A DNA stretch of 64,000 bases from Berkelbacteria bacterium GW2011_GWE1_39_12 (GCA_001029735.1 CP011213.1:460613-524612), one strand, 5' to 3'. Numbered from the stretch's first letter, positions 48,814 to 59,054 are shown. Made by a program: numbers and translations. Notes: generated by a model from the letters alone, not told the origin.

Positions 48814-48883
48814 AAGCGGTTGATGGCAGCCGTTTTTTTTGTTTTTATATTTTCTAACTGATAAAATAGATTCAGGAGTTTAT

Positions 48884-49438
48884 ATGAAAAACGCAATTAT
48901 TTTACATGGCACAGGAGATTCAGCTGATAATTTTTGGTTTCCATATGTGAAAAAAGAATTGGAATCGCGCGGATACGATGTTTGGCTGCCGAACTTACCT
49001 TGCGCGGAAAAACCTAATATCAAAGATTGGCTCTCATTTGTTCTAGAAAGTGGCAAAATTACCGAAGAGACAGTTTTAATTGGTCATTCTGCCGGTGCTC
49101 AAATAATCTTGTCTGTATTAGAAAATCTAAATATTAAAATCAAGCAAGCGATTCTGGTTTCCGGTTATAGTAAAGAACTTCCCAAAGATGTTAATAGTGA
49201 AATGAATAAATACGAATTTAATTGGGAGTCAATCCGACCGCATGCTGGTAAGTTTGCTTTTGTAAATTCTGATAATGATCCATGGGGATGTGATGATAAA
49301 CAAGGTAGAATAATGTTCGACCATTTGGGTGGTATGCAAATTATCCTTCATGAGGGTCATATGGGATCTAATAAATTTAATCAACCATATAAAGAATTTC
49401 CACTAATTGTAAAATTAGTGGAGTTAGGAGAAATTTAA
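48884..49438 (+). CDS. alpha/beta hydrolase (YdeN/RBBP9-like serine hydrolase)
   Basis: GHSAG nucleophile elbow; IILHGTGDS N-terminus; 184 aa from the internal ATG with AGGAG RBS. Confidence 0.55.
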   Translation: MKNAIILHGTGDSADNFWFPYVKKELESRGYDVWLPNLPCAEKPNIKDWLSFVLESGKITEETVLIGHSAGAQIILSVLENLNIKIKQAILVSGYSKELPKDVNSEMNKYEFNWESIRPHAGKFAFVNSDNDPWGCDDKQGRIMFDHLGGMQIILHEGHMGSNKFNQPYKEFPLIVKLVELGEI

Positions 49439-49453
49439 TAAAGGAGTAATACG

Positions 49454-49864
49454 ATGAGTAATAAAGACTTTATCGAAGACATCGTCCCCGAAGACTATAA
49501 AACAAGGGGTAGTTATTCACCGGCAAAAAAGATAGATTTAGGTGGTTTTTACCTTATATTTGTGTCAGGGGTGCAAGCACCGAAAGACGATAACCACAGA
49601 GTAGTAACTGAAGATGTAGAAGAACAAACAAAATTAGTATTCGAAGACATTATTAAAATTTTACAGCAAGCAGACGCAACAATAGACGATGTTGTGAAGG
49701 CTGTCATCTATATCACTGATATGGATGACTTTGACAAAATCTCAAAAGTTAGAGGTGAATATTTTCGAAACGCTGTACCGGTAAGCACGCTGATAGAGGT
49801 AAACAGAATGACCAGAGATGGTGCAAAGATTGAAATTGAAGTAACGGCGATTGTTAAAAAATAA
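49454..49864 (+). CDS. RidA/YjgF family protein
   Basis: 136 aa; conserved C-terminal R..GAKIEIEV region. Confidence 0.75.
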   Translation: MSNKDFIEDIVPEDYKTRGSYSPAKKIDLGGFYLIFVSGVQAPKDDNHRVVTEDVEEQTKLVFEDIIKILQQADATIDDVVKAVIYITDMDDFDKISKVRGEYFRNAVPVSTLIEVNRMTRDGAKIEIEVTAIVKK

Positions 49865-51036
49865 TGGATAAATTAAATAAAAATATAACCAAACTGTATC
49901 TGCTTGATATTTTTTCAAGTACTCAATTTCAATCCGTTGTGGCGGTATTATTTTTGTTAGCAAAAGGATTTAATCTCGGACAAGTTTTACTCTTTGGCTC
50001 TATTTATGCGGCTGGGGCCTTGGTAAGTGAAATTCCAACCGGCTCAATTAGCGACAAGTATGGACGAAAAACCAGCTTGATTCTTTCTACTCTAATAGAA
50101 CTTCCGGCATTTATAATCGTGATTTTATCTCATTCGTTTGTTCTAATTGGAATAATGTATTTTATTTTTGGAATTGCCGCTTCATTTACTTCCGGCACAG
50201 ACACAGCAATGTTGTACGATACTTTGAAAGGTATCGGCAAAGAAGATGATTTCAAAAAGATTAACGGTAAACTAAAATGGTATGGTGCTTGGGGTGGTGC
50301 AATCGGCGGAATTATCGGTGCATTTTTAGCTAAATATAATTTGGCTTATGCTTGGTGGGCGTGGGCTGGCGTATTGGTAATTATGCTTTTTATCCAACTT
50401 TCGTTAACGGAACCAGCCAAGGCTTATGCTAAGAAAACAAATACATATCTAAAAAATATTGGGCAAAGTTTGAAAGTTGCTTTCAGGGGTGAGGCTAGTT
50501 TTTTCATTCTTTACGCTGCAATAATTTGGTTTTTCTTTTGGCTGGGTTGGTCACTTTGGCAGCCATACTTAAAACTTACTAATTTACCGGTGGTTTATTT
50601 CGGATTCTTTTACGCGGGAGTTAGTTTGATTAGTGGATTTGTTTCCAAACAAGCACATCTTATCGAAAAGAAAATTGGTGTTCGGTTGTCATTATTTCTA
50701 ATCCCAATTTTTCTAGCGATAGCCCTCATTTTAGAATCAAGAATTGTTCTTGTTTTCAGTTTTCTATTTATCGCAATCCAAGCCGTGGCAAGTGGCTATT
50801 TTGGTCCGATCACTGATGACTATGTGAATCATCGTGTTTCGTCAGAAAGTAGAGCAACAGTTTTATCAGTTAAGAATATGATTTCTAGACTAATTTTTAT
50901 GGTATTTTCTCCGTTGGTTGGATATTTCTCTAATCTTTATAGTTTACAAACTGCGCTGATGATGGTTGGAGTAATTCTTATTATCGTCTCAATTATATTT
51001 TTGATTTATTCAAAATCATCATTAAGAAACGCTTAG
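49864..51036 (+). CDS. MFS transporter
   Basis: 12 predicted TM helices; GxxSDKYGRK motif in loop 2-3. Confidence 0.7.
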   Translation: MDKLNKNITKLYLLDIFSSTQFQSVVAVLFLLAKGFNLGQVLLFGSIYAAGALVSEIPTGSISDKYGRKTSLILSTLIELPAFIIVILSHSFVLIGIMYFIFGIAASFTSGTDTAMLYDTLKGIGKEDDFKKINGKLKWYGAWGGAIGGIIGAFLAKYNLAYAWWAWAGVLVIMLFIQLSLTEPAKAYAKKTNTYLKNIGQSLKVAFRGEASFFILYAAIIWFFFWLGWSLWQPYLKLTNLPVVYFGFFYAGVSLISGFVSKQAHLIEKKIGVRLSLFLIPIFLAIALILESRIVLVFSFLFIAIQAVASGYFGPITDDYVNHRVSSESRATVLSVKNMISRLIFMVFSPLVGYFSNLYSLQTALMMVGVILIIVSIIFLIYSKSSLRNA

Positions 51037-51052
51037 CACTGCCAATTTTCTC

Positions 51053-51253
51053 TTAACCTTACCCCAGTACTCATAATCGTCCAGTATTGTTATAATTTTC
51101 TTTGTTAAGAAAATTTCGGAATTTTTCTGAAGGAAAAATATAAGCGAAGCTTGCAACTCGCCGTCGCTCGTTATAAGCGAAGCTTGCAACTCGCCGTCGC
51201 TCGTTATAAGCGAAGCTTGCAACTCGCCGTTGCTCGTTATAAGCGAAGCTTGA
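51053..51253 (+). repeat. intergenic repeat module, then a tandem array of 3.4 copies of the 33-bp unit AAGCGAAGCTTGCAACTCGCCGTCGCTCGTTAT (51143-51253)
   Basis: Unit copies at 51143, 51176 and 51209, plus a partial fourth; a single copy of the unit at 48655-48687. Confidence 0.75.
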
Positions 51254-51425
51254 CGCCCAGCGGCCTTAAATTTTTGACTAACACATAGCTTAACCTGTTT
51301 CAAGTAATTTAGTAAAAATTAATAGGAAAAATTTTCAATAAGGGTAAAAATATTTTCAAGTTTGATCTATGTTAAATACAGTGGTAAATTATCGCCGTTT
51401 TTTAGTAAAGTAATCAATATACTAC

Positions 51426-51647
51426 TTGACAAGTAATACAACTATTTGTAATACTTGTATTATTATAAATAACAAACAAAGAGTAACAATTTTTATTGAT
51501 CCCGCACTCGCGAAACACGCTAGAGCTCAAGCGGTCATCGAGGAAATCACCTTGACGGCTCTTTTTGAAAAAGCATTAATTAAATATTTGCCAGAAGAAA
51601 CTATTATCAAGAAACCCGCAATCGAAACGGATCTTAATAAAGGATGA
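51426..51647 (+). CDS. ribbon-helix-helix (CopG/Arc-like) small protein
   Basis: RVTIFIDPALAKHARAQAVIEEITLTALFEKALIKYL resembles an RHH DNA-binding fold; true start probably internal. Confidence 0.35.
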   Translation: MTSNTTICNTCIIINNKQRVTIFIDPALAKHARAQAVIEEITLTALFEKALIKYLPEETIIKKPAIETDLNKG

Positions 51648-51694
51648 TAAGTGTGTTTCGCGTGAATGCGCTCATTTATCACAGGTAACCAAAA

Positions 51695-51991
51695 ATGAAT
51701 TTAACTATTTTTTACCAGCTCACAGTTAGCGTTTTTTGTGTTGTGGCTACAATTTTCATGATCGTTCTTTTTGTATGGGCGGTGATTATTCGTAAACAGA
51801 TCAATGGTTTAATTATAAAGTTTGAAGAAATTGCTGTTACAACTAAGACTGCAACAGGGGAAATTAAAGATTTTGTTGGAAGAACAATTGAACATTTGGA
51901 AAAATTTAAAGACAGTATTTTAACGTTCGAATTTATTCGCAAGATAACTTCTGAAGTAATAACATTAATAAAAAGTAATAAAAAGGAGTAG
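51695..51991 (+). CDS. small membrane protein
   Basis: N-terminal TM helix; 98 aa. Confidence 0.3.
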   Translation: MNLTIFYQLTVSVFCVVATIFMIVLFVWAVIIRKQINGLIIKFEEIAVTTKTATGEIKDFVGRTIEHLEKFKDSILTFEFIRKITSEVITLIKSNKKE

Positions 51992-51993
51992 TA

Positions 51994-52326
51994 ATGGACA
52001 AGACAACAAAAGGGGTCATCGTTGGAGCATCTGTCGGTGTACTAGCAGGGGCAATCGCGGGTATTTTGTTTGCACCGCAATCTGGTAAAGAAACACGAGA
52101 GGATATTAAAAAATATCTTCATGAGATGAAAGAAAAAATTGCCGAGGAATTGTCAAAAGTCGGAGAAATTACTAAAGAGAAGTACGATGAAATTGTTAAC
52201 AAAGTAGTAAAAATTTATGAAACGGAAAAAAAGATTTCCAGTGAAGATGCAGCCGACATTAAGGATAAGTTAGAAAAGAACTATGACGAAATCGTGAAAA
52301 TTGCCACCGAACCATCAAAAGAATAA
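51994..52326 (+). CDS. YtxH-like (DUF948) protein
   Basis: GVIVGASVGVLAGAIAGILFAPQSGKETRE N-terminus typical of YtxH. Confidence 0.5.
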   Translation: MDKTTKGVIVGASVGVLAGAIAGILFAPQSGKETREDIKKYLHEMKEKIAEELSKVGEITKEKYDEIVNKVVKIYETEKKISSEDAADIKDKLEKNYDEIVKIATEPSKE

Positions 52327-52361
52327 TTTTGGGGACTTGAATTTAAAAAAGGAGGGAATCT

Positions 52362-53303
52362 GTGAGAAAATTTGTTAAAGTTTCGGTGATAGCCATATTG
52401 GCTATATCATCTTTTCTTGTTTTGGCAGGACCAACTACCGCGTTTGCAGCAACGGCAACAACACCAGTTTTGGGAAAGACTCTTACGTTTGGTATTCTTT
52501 CTAGCACCTACACCAATACTGCTGTCGGAACTACTATTAACGGAGATCTTGGATATACTACCGGACCCGCAGTACTACCTACGATAAATGGCACGAAATA
52601 TGTAGCCGAATCAACTTACAATCAAGCAGGGTTAGATCAGGCCACTGCTTTGGCTGAACTTAATAGTCAATCGGCTACATTTACCTTTGCACCAGGGGCA
52701 ATTGATCTTGCCAGTGATACTACACATGGTGCAATTGGCGTCTATACACCTGGAGTGTATTCGATAACTGGCGCGGCAAACATTGGCGGAGGGGGAACAA
52801 TTACTTTAAATGGCGCGGGGACATATATCTTTAGAATGGATGGCGCACTTAACACATCAGCTGACTCTAAGGTTATATATATTAATGGCGCATCACCTTG
52901 CGATATTTTCTGGACGCCGACCCAAGCCACCACGCTTGGTGCTAACTCTACATTTGTAGGAACTGATATTGACGCCTCGGGAATTACTATTGGTAGCACT
53001 GTAACATGGACGGGAAGAGCATTGGCTTTTGGTGGAACAGTTTCGACTGCTGCAGACACTATCACCGTACCTGATTGTGCGGCTACAGAAACATCTGCAG
53101 TAGCTACACTAGCCGCCGCAGATGCCGCTGCCGCAGCTACACTAGCCGCCGAAAATGCCGCAAATGCCGCCGCTGCCGCTAAATTGCCGAATACCGGAGT
53201 TGGTCAAACTCAAAATAGTATGCCTTGGATTATCGTTATACCAGTTGGTATTTTTGCAGTCGCGATCTTGCTCTGTATTATCCGCAGAAAAGAAACAGCT
53301 TAA
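52362..53303 (+). CDS. LPXTG-anchored surface protein (LPNTG), Thr/Gly/Ala-rich, possibly beta-helical
   Basis: Signal peptide, C-terminal KLPNTG + hydrophobic segment + RRKE. Confidence 0.65.
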   Translation: MRKFVKVSVIAILAISSFLVLAGPTTAFAATATTPVLGKTLTFGILSSTYTNTAVGTTINGDLGYTTGPAVLPTINGTKYVAESTYNQAGLDQATALAELNSQSATFTFAPGAIDLASDTTHGAIGVYTPGVYSITGAANIGGGGTITLNGAGTYIFRMDGALNTSADSKVIYINGASPCDIFWTPTQATTLGANSTFVGTDIDASGITIGSTVTWTGRALAFGGTVSTAADTITVPDCAATETSAVATLAAADAAAAATLAAENAANAAAAAKLPNTGVGQTQNSMPWIIVIPVGIFAVAILLCIIRRKETA

Positions 53304-53385
53304 TATAATCACAAAGAATAATTGCTAAACAAAAGCCAGACAAGAGTTGGTTTGGCTTTTGTGGTTATAAACTTTTGAGGTGTTT

Positions 53386-54015
53386 ATGCAACCGAAAATT
53401 TCATTAGGACAAACACCATTAATAGCCGTTATTATAGGGTTTGTACTTTCTTTGACAATTCTTTTCTGTTTTGTTCCTAAAAATACAATTCAAAGTAGTT
53501 CGACACCATTTATTAATGAAAATAAACCTGTAAAAACCATTATCAATCCCGATCAAGAAAAAGTGAATTACGGATTGCCAATGCGCCTTAAAATTCCAGA
53601 AATTAATGTTGATGCTACTATTGATAATGCGGGTCTTACTCCCGATGGAACCATGGAGTCGCCGAAAAGTCCAAGTGGCGTGGTATGGTATAAACTTGGG
53701 GCACGGCCCGGGGAAATTGGCAGTGCTGTTATCGCTGGACATTACGGGACATGGAAAAATGGTGAGAAGTCGGTGTTTGATGATTTATCAAAATTAAACC
53801 CAGGCGATAAAATATATATAGAAGATGATATGGGAAAAACAACTACTTTCGTTTTAAAAAATAGCCAAAGTTATGATCCGAGTGCAGACGCTTCAGGTGT
53901 ATTTAACTCAAATGACGGGAAATCTCATCTTAATCTTGTTACCTGTGAAGGAATTTGGAATCCAATTTCTCAAAGCTATAGCAAGCGTCTAGTGATGTTT
54001 GCTGATAAGGAATAA
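53386..54015 (+). CDS. sortase family transpeptidase
   Basis: IAGHYGT (His), LVTCEG (TLxTC Cys), N-terminal TM anchor. Confidence 0.7.
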   Translation: MQPKISLGQTPLIAVIIGFVLSLTILFCFVPKNTIQSSSTPFINENKPVKTIINPDQEKVNYGLPMRLKIPEINVDATIDNAGLTPDGTMESPKSPSGVVWYKLGARPGEIGSAVIAGHYGTWKNGEKSVFDDLSKLNPGDKIYIEDDMGKTTTFVLKNSQSYDPSADASGVFNSNDGKSHLNLVTCEGIWNPISQSYSKRLVMFADKE

Positions 54016-54313
54016 ATAGGTTATTTCTTGGACCATATTTAGTTGTGATCAAATTATTGATTACCGTTTATTATATTACTGGTAGTACCGCCACTTTTAT
54101 TTCAACCTATCCCCAGTTATTATAATCGCTCAAATAACTTATAAATTTCTAAGAGTTATTTTTAAAAAAATTCGAGCATCTTCAATCAGGCGGAGCCAAG
54201 TTATAAAAAAGACGCAAACGGTTGCCGTCCTTTTTGTTTTTATACTTTATGATTAATGAAAATGAAAAAGGACACTCGAAATACAAGTGTCCTGCTTAAA
54301 AAAGGTTACGGGT

Positions 54314-54904
54314 TTATCTTGCTGGCTCAAACCAGAATCCGCTCCACCAGCAAGGTTCAACATTAACATCGTAGTCGGAAAGTAGGACCCAGCCAAGATC
54401 TGAATAAACCGCGGGGTGGTGACTGTATCTTTCAACAACGATTCTTTGGTGGTGTAATATTGGTACCGGGCCAAATAAATCGGGGTCAACAGTTTCAACC
54501 TTGAATACTTGCAGATATTTTCCTGGCAATATTCTACTATGCAAATCCTGTGTCGAACCATATTCCGACGATACAGTCGCTAGCTGTACATGCTCTCTCT
54601 CGAAAAAAGTGTGATTGTAAAGCTGGGATCGATAGTGCTCTGCACGACGTAGTACTGTTTCGATTGGCATATCAGTCTTACCTGCACGGATCATACGAAA
54701 CAATTCATGACCAGCTTGCATGATTGAATCTCTTGATGGCCGATCTGATGCCTCGGGCGAAAAGAACAATTCATCCGAAACCCATTTCGACATCACTTCA
54801 TTGGCTCTCTTTCGGTCAATAATGTTCCCATTTTGGCCAAACCAAAGGCAGATGTCGGTAACGAGCGAGGCAAATCGTCCAAGACTATCCATATCAGTAT
54901 TCAT
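54314..54904 (-). CDS. hypothetical protein (196 aa)
   Basis: ORF only; Trp-rich C-terminus. Confidence 0.3.
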   Translation of the reverse strand: MNTDMDSLGRFASLVTDICLWFGQNGNIIDRKRANEVMSKWVSDELFFSPEASDRPSRDSIMQAGHELFRMIRAGKTDMPIETVLRRAEHYRSQLYNHTFFEREHVQLATVSSEYGSTQDLHSRILPGKYLQVFKVETVDPDLFGPVPILHHQRIVVERYSHHPAVYSDLGWVLLSDYDVNVEPCWWSGFWFEPAR

Positions 54905-55020
54905 TCAAGAACCCCCTCAAAGATAATTTGTCAAGTTTGTTGCTGCTGCCAATATAGCATAAAAATACTGGTATATCAAGATTATTTTGTGTTTGTTTTT
55001 TATTACTGCCTGATAAATTT

Positions 55021-55542
55021 TTATTTGAGCGGATATTCCACTTTCTCGTTCTTGATTTGTGCAAAGGGTGTCATCAAATGAGGCTTAGCCGATTTTTCAG
55101 TAAAAATATCAATCACCTCGAAATTATGAACTAACAAAGCATCCCCAATCAGTGATCTGTGGCAGCGCCATGGAACAGCTTCGGCACACATGATCGCAGT
55201 ATCGTTTTTTTCTGCAATCTTAAGCAATCCTTTTAAGTTTTCCTCAAGCTCGGTTGTTTGCATATAATCGGCAAAACCGCGAAACGAGGCATTTCTCCAG
55301 GCTGTGTTAACTGAGTTTCTGGCGACATGACGAAAACCGCCGAGACCAGCCATATGAATATAGTGAATTCCATAATCAGTTAAATTTTTTTCTAAAATAT
55401 TCTCATTGAATTGTGGATTGTGCAGGGATCTCGTAATTGTCCGCACATCGACAACGATTTCAATATCATAAAATTTCAAAAGTTGGATAAATTCTGTTAT
55501 GGGATGAGTAGAATGCCCAACTGTGTAAATTTTTTTAACCAT
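55021..55542 (-). CDS. DUF488 family protein
   Basis: MVKKIYTVGHSTH N-terminus typical of DUF488; ATG at 55542 with GGGGTA RBS preferred over the longer ORF. Confidence 0.55.
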   Translation of the reverse strand: MVKKIYTVGHSTHPITEFIQLLKFYDIEIVVDVRTITRSLHNPQFNENILEKNLTDYGIHYIHMAGLGGFRHVARNSVNTAWRNASFRGFADYMQTTELEENLKGLLKIAEKNDTAIMCAEAVPWRCHRSLIGDALLVHNFEVIDIFTEKSAKPHLMTPFAQIKNEKVEYPLK

Positions 55543-55848
55543 CAGGTATACCCCAATCAAAATATTTTTACTTAAAAGTATAAAACATCTCAAGAAACAT
55601 TTATATGGTTTTTTATCTATAGCACTGACAAAGCAAAAATTATTAATAGCAAATATTCGAGCATCTTCAATCAGACGGAGCCAATCCACAGCGCGGATGG
55701 CGGATGCAATCGGCGCCAACCGACAAAGTCGGTCTTTAAATTGTCTTTTATTTTTGCTGAGCGTATATTTAAATCAACCGTCGAGTTATAGCTTGTCTAC
55801 GTTGCGAAGCTTAAAGCACATATTGCAGTTTCAAAGGAGGCGAGAGAT

Positions 55849-56166
55849 GTGTCTAGGTGGAGAAAAGCCAAAGACAAGCGCGCGATCCAGATTGGTGGAT
55901 ATCTTTGTGAGGTTTGCGGTCTTCAGTTAACAAGACGAGATATTGTCGGCCACCATAAGAGATTTCGCTGTTATGGTGGAGAAGACACTGTCGAAAATTG
56001 TATGCTGAAATGCCAAAGGTGTGAACAACTATTTGACCATGTTCCTCAAAACTCTGAAGGGTTTGAAGGTGATCATAATGCTCGGCGAAGGGACAGAAGA
56101 AATACGGTTGATATTCCATGTCAGCAGCCTTATGTGTCCAGCATGCAAATCGGTTGCCCTTGCTAG
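55849..56166 (+). CDS. HNH endonuclease (stand-alone)
   Basis: CEVCG...HH........N....C..C HNH-type pattern; 105 aa. Confidence 0.55.
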   Translation: MSRWRKAKDKRAIQIGGYLCEVCGLQLTRRDIVGHHKRFRCYGGEDTVENCMLKCQRCEQLFDHVPQNSEGFEGDHNARRRDRRNTVDIPCQQPYVSSMQIGCPC

Positions 56167-56380
56167 CTTGAAAAACGCTTCCGCAATACTAGACCGGGAA
56201 AAGATACTGGAAGTAATATCGTGCTAGCTGTTTCTGAAAAACCGGGCTACTTTAAGATCGGAGGCTAAATCGGATTCTAGTCCAACAATCCATTTCACCT
56301 AAGCCGGGTACCCGGCTTTTTTAAGCAGATGGATAAATAGGTGATTGGCAATATCTTACTATTAATGTCTAAGAAAATAA

Positions 56381-56962
56381 TTAATTAGGCTTTGCGATAA
56401 CGATTAGCCTTTTGTCAATTGTTCCAATTGGCCAGCAAGTCATTAGGGTTAATTGTTCAGATTCTGTTGGTTTTAAAACACTTACATCATTAGGACTTAC
56501 TATTTTTTTATCGGTCACTTTGTAGATGTACTCTTTTTGTTGCCACCAAACTGAAATTAGGTCGTCATCGTCTAAATCATTCAATTTGGCAAATATTGTC
56601 TTATATTCGCCAGGGTCCCACAAATAATAGGAAGAATGTCCAAAAATAAAAATATTACTCTTTTCGCCCGGATTTGCCGTGCCGGCAAACTGAGCGACGC
56701 CATTTTCTAGCGCTGAATCATATATCTCTTTATTTTTTCCGTCAACATTAGCAATAACGGGAGCTGAAATATTTAGTTTTGTAATCTCTAAATGGAAATC
56801 CTTGAATTTTGCTTGTGGTGTTGGGTTATTTGTCTCTAATTGACTTGAGTTATCCGTTGTGTTTACATTTTTTCTACTATTTATGCCAACGATGCCAACC
56901 AAAACAAGAAAAATGATGATTAAAAGCGTTTTAATTAAAATTTTTTTATTAATTTTTTTCAT
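56381..56962 (-). CDS. sortase family transpeptidase
   Basis: IFGHSS (His) and LTLMTCWP (Cys) motifs, N-terminal TM. Confidence 0.65.
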   Translation of the reverse strand: MKKINKKILIKTLLIIIFLVLVGIVGINSRKNVNTTDNSSQLETNNPTPQAKFKDFHLEITKLNISAPVIANVDGKNKEIYDSALENGVAQFAGTANPGEKSNIFIFGHSSYYLWDPGEYKTIFAKLNDLDDDDLISVWWQQKEYIYKVTDKKIVSPNDVSVLKPTESEQLTLMTCWPIGTIDKRLIVIAKPN

Positions 56963-57169
56963 AGGGTAATAATACATCCGTTGTGTCCTCGTGTTCTTGT
57001 TTAATTAGCCAATATTTTACATTTTTTATTGCTGAAATGGTTAAATCGAACAATTTAATCACTTCTTTATTATGATAATTTGTTATTAGTAAGAGAAAAG
57101 AAGTTTGTGACCGAATTTTCTCAATGGTTGGTCGATATAAACTTTCTAAAAATTAACGGGAGAAAATCA

Positions 57170-57901
57170 ATGAAAAAAGTATTTAATTATTCACTTAGCT
57201 TAATCGGTTTGGCTCTTTTAATTTCAGCAGTTTTTATCGGTGGTGTGGACAACACTTTTGCTCATACCGACACTAGTCCGTCAGTCACAATAGTTAATTC
57301 ACCGACGGGAGAAGTAACGCCTGGTGATGTTATAACTTATACTATTGATGCAAATAGTTTAGGCTTAAGTAACTCCGGTGTCTTGACTGCAACTTGGAAT
57401 GATCCTGACAATGTATCAACTTACGTTGATGGCTCTGCATCCGAAGGTTCAGAAGTTGATTTGGCTAACCATAAAATTACTTGGAATTTGATCAATATGG
57501 TGGATGAACCACAAGTTCTTTCTTTCCAATTAATGATGAATAGCGACAATCCAATAGATGGAACTTTTACCGTGGAAGTTTCTTCCTCAGCAGACTTTAT
57601 GGATGATGGCAATTCATTTGATTTTGGTAGTGGTAGCTGTGATATCTGCGGCAGTTGTGATATTTGCGGTAGCTGTGATATTTGCGCCAGTTGCGAATCA
57701 TGTAATTGCGATACCTGTGTCGGTCCAACAGAAAAAGTAATAACCAGTAATACTGTTGCTAATACTGTGACTTATGTTACTGAACAGCCCGAAGAAGAAG
57801 ATGAAGAAGAAGAGGTGTTAGGGATTGAAGAAAGTGCTCTACCTCTTACCGGTGCAGACACGTCTTATTTGAACGGAATTTTCAGCTTAATAAAATTTTG
57901 A
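57170..57901 (+). CDS. LPXTG-anchored surface protein (LPLTG) with (G)SCDICG Cys repeats
   Basis: Signal peptide; SGSCDICGSCDICGSCDICASCESCNCDTC block; acidic EEEDEEEE; C-terminal LPLTG + hydrophobic tail. Confidence 0.6.
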   Translation: MKKVFNYSLSLIGLALLISAVFIGGVDNTFAHTDTSPSVTIVNSPTGEVTPGDVITYTIDANSLGLSNSGVLTATWNDPDNVSTYVDGSASEGSEVDLANHKITWNLINMVDEPQVLSFQLMMNSDNPIDGTFTVEVSSSADFMDDGNSFDFGSGSCDICGSCDICGSCDICASCESCNCDTCVGPTEKVITSNTVANTVTYVTEQPEEEDEEEEVLGIEESALPLTGADTSYLNGIFSLIKF

Positions 57902-58026
57902 TTTTAATACTAATTATTTAGTTAAAAAAATTCTCAGATTTCCTGAGAATTTTTTTTAAACTCATCGATTACAGGGTTGACATTGTGTCTTTTTAACGGT
58001 AAGCTATTTATCGTAAGAAAGGACAA

Positions 58027-58770
58027 ATGTATAAAATTAACCCCAAAAGAGGCTTGGAAAGCCTCAAAAAGATCTTCTCAAGAAGATCTAAATTTTTTTT
58101 ATTAGTGCCGGTGACGATTGCGATTCTAGTAGCAGGTATGTTTTTAGTTAAGCCAAACGTTTTACCCAAATTAAATGCAGCCCCAAGCCGAGAAGACACG
58201 GTAAAGTCAGAAATAATAAAACCTGTTTTACCAAGTGATCAGAATGTGGTCGGATTAGATGAAAAGGTAGCAAAAGAAGAGCCTAAACAGACGACGGCTA
58301 AAAAAATAAAAGTTGTTCCAGCTCCGACAGTAAAAAGCATAAAGAAAACTACAACACCGATTAATTCAGTTGTATCTCCACCTGTTGCAAGTGTAAGTTC
58401 AAGTGCTAGTACTATACTAAGCCTGGTAAATGAAGCCAGGCGAGCGAATAGCCTTAGTAGTGTCAGTTACAATTCAAAACTTAGTCAGGCAGCGCAAGCA
58501 AAAGCCGATGATATGTCGAGTCAAAACTATTTCTCTCATACCAACCCTCAAGGGCAAAATGATTTTTACTTTGCAACCTCTGCAGGTTATAAATATTCTT
58601 GGATCGGCTCAAACATTGCCAAGGGAAGTTATTCTAGTGCGCAAGGAGTTTTTGACGCTTGGATGAATAGTCCGGGGCATAAGGCTAATATTCTAGGTGC
58701 CAAGGGATTAGAAATTGGATATGCCCAAAACGGTCAGTATTTCAGCTTTTTTATTGGTGCCGCTCAGTAG
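58027..58770 (+). CDS. CAP/SCP/PR1-like domain protein with N-terminal TM anchor
   Basis: YFSHTNPQG...GENI..G...AQ.VFDAWMNSPGHKANIL CAP signature motifs. Confidence 0.7.
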   Translation: MYKINPKRGLESLKKIFSRRSKFFLLVPVTIAILVAGMFLVKPNVLPKLNAAPSREDTVKSEIIKPVLPSDQNVVGLDEKVAKEEPKQTTAKKIKVVPAPTVKSIKKTTTPINSVVSPPVASVSSSASTILSLVNEARRANSLSSVSYNSKLSQAAQAKADDMSSQNYFSHTNPQGQNDFYFATSAGYKYSWIGSNIAKGSYSSAQGVFDAWMNSPGHKANILGAKGLEIGYAQNGQYFSFFIGAAQ

Positions 58771-59054
58771 ATTGACGGTCGTTATCTAAACTATATAAAA
58801 ACGGTCGGAGATTGCATCAAAGGCCGTTTTTGTGATTTAAAACGATGAATTAATATTTACAGCTACTATGATTGAACTATGATCACTTTGCTGGTTATTT
58901 ACCTCGTTTCTTTATTTGCTTATATTACTTTCTTTTACTATGTCATCAAAAGAGTTTATGAATTAAAATTAACAAATGATAAAATTGAAAAAATTATAAA
59001 TTTTTTTATAGCAACAAGTGCAATCTTAATCTGTCTTAGTTTCTTTTTACTAAT

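Noticed and set aside
51143-51253. Tandem repeats considered as a CRISPR array
   Set aside because: The units are contiguous with no spacers, there are only 3.4 copies, and there are no cas genes.
51022-51303. 93-aa minus-strand ORF with repeated ASLITSDGELQ units
   Set aside because: It is a translation artefact of the 33-bp tandem DNA repeat in an intergenic region.
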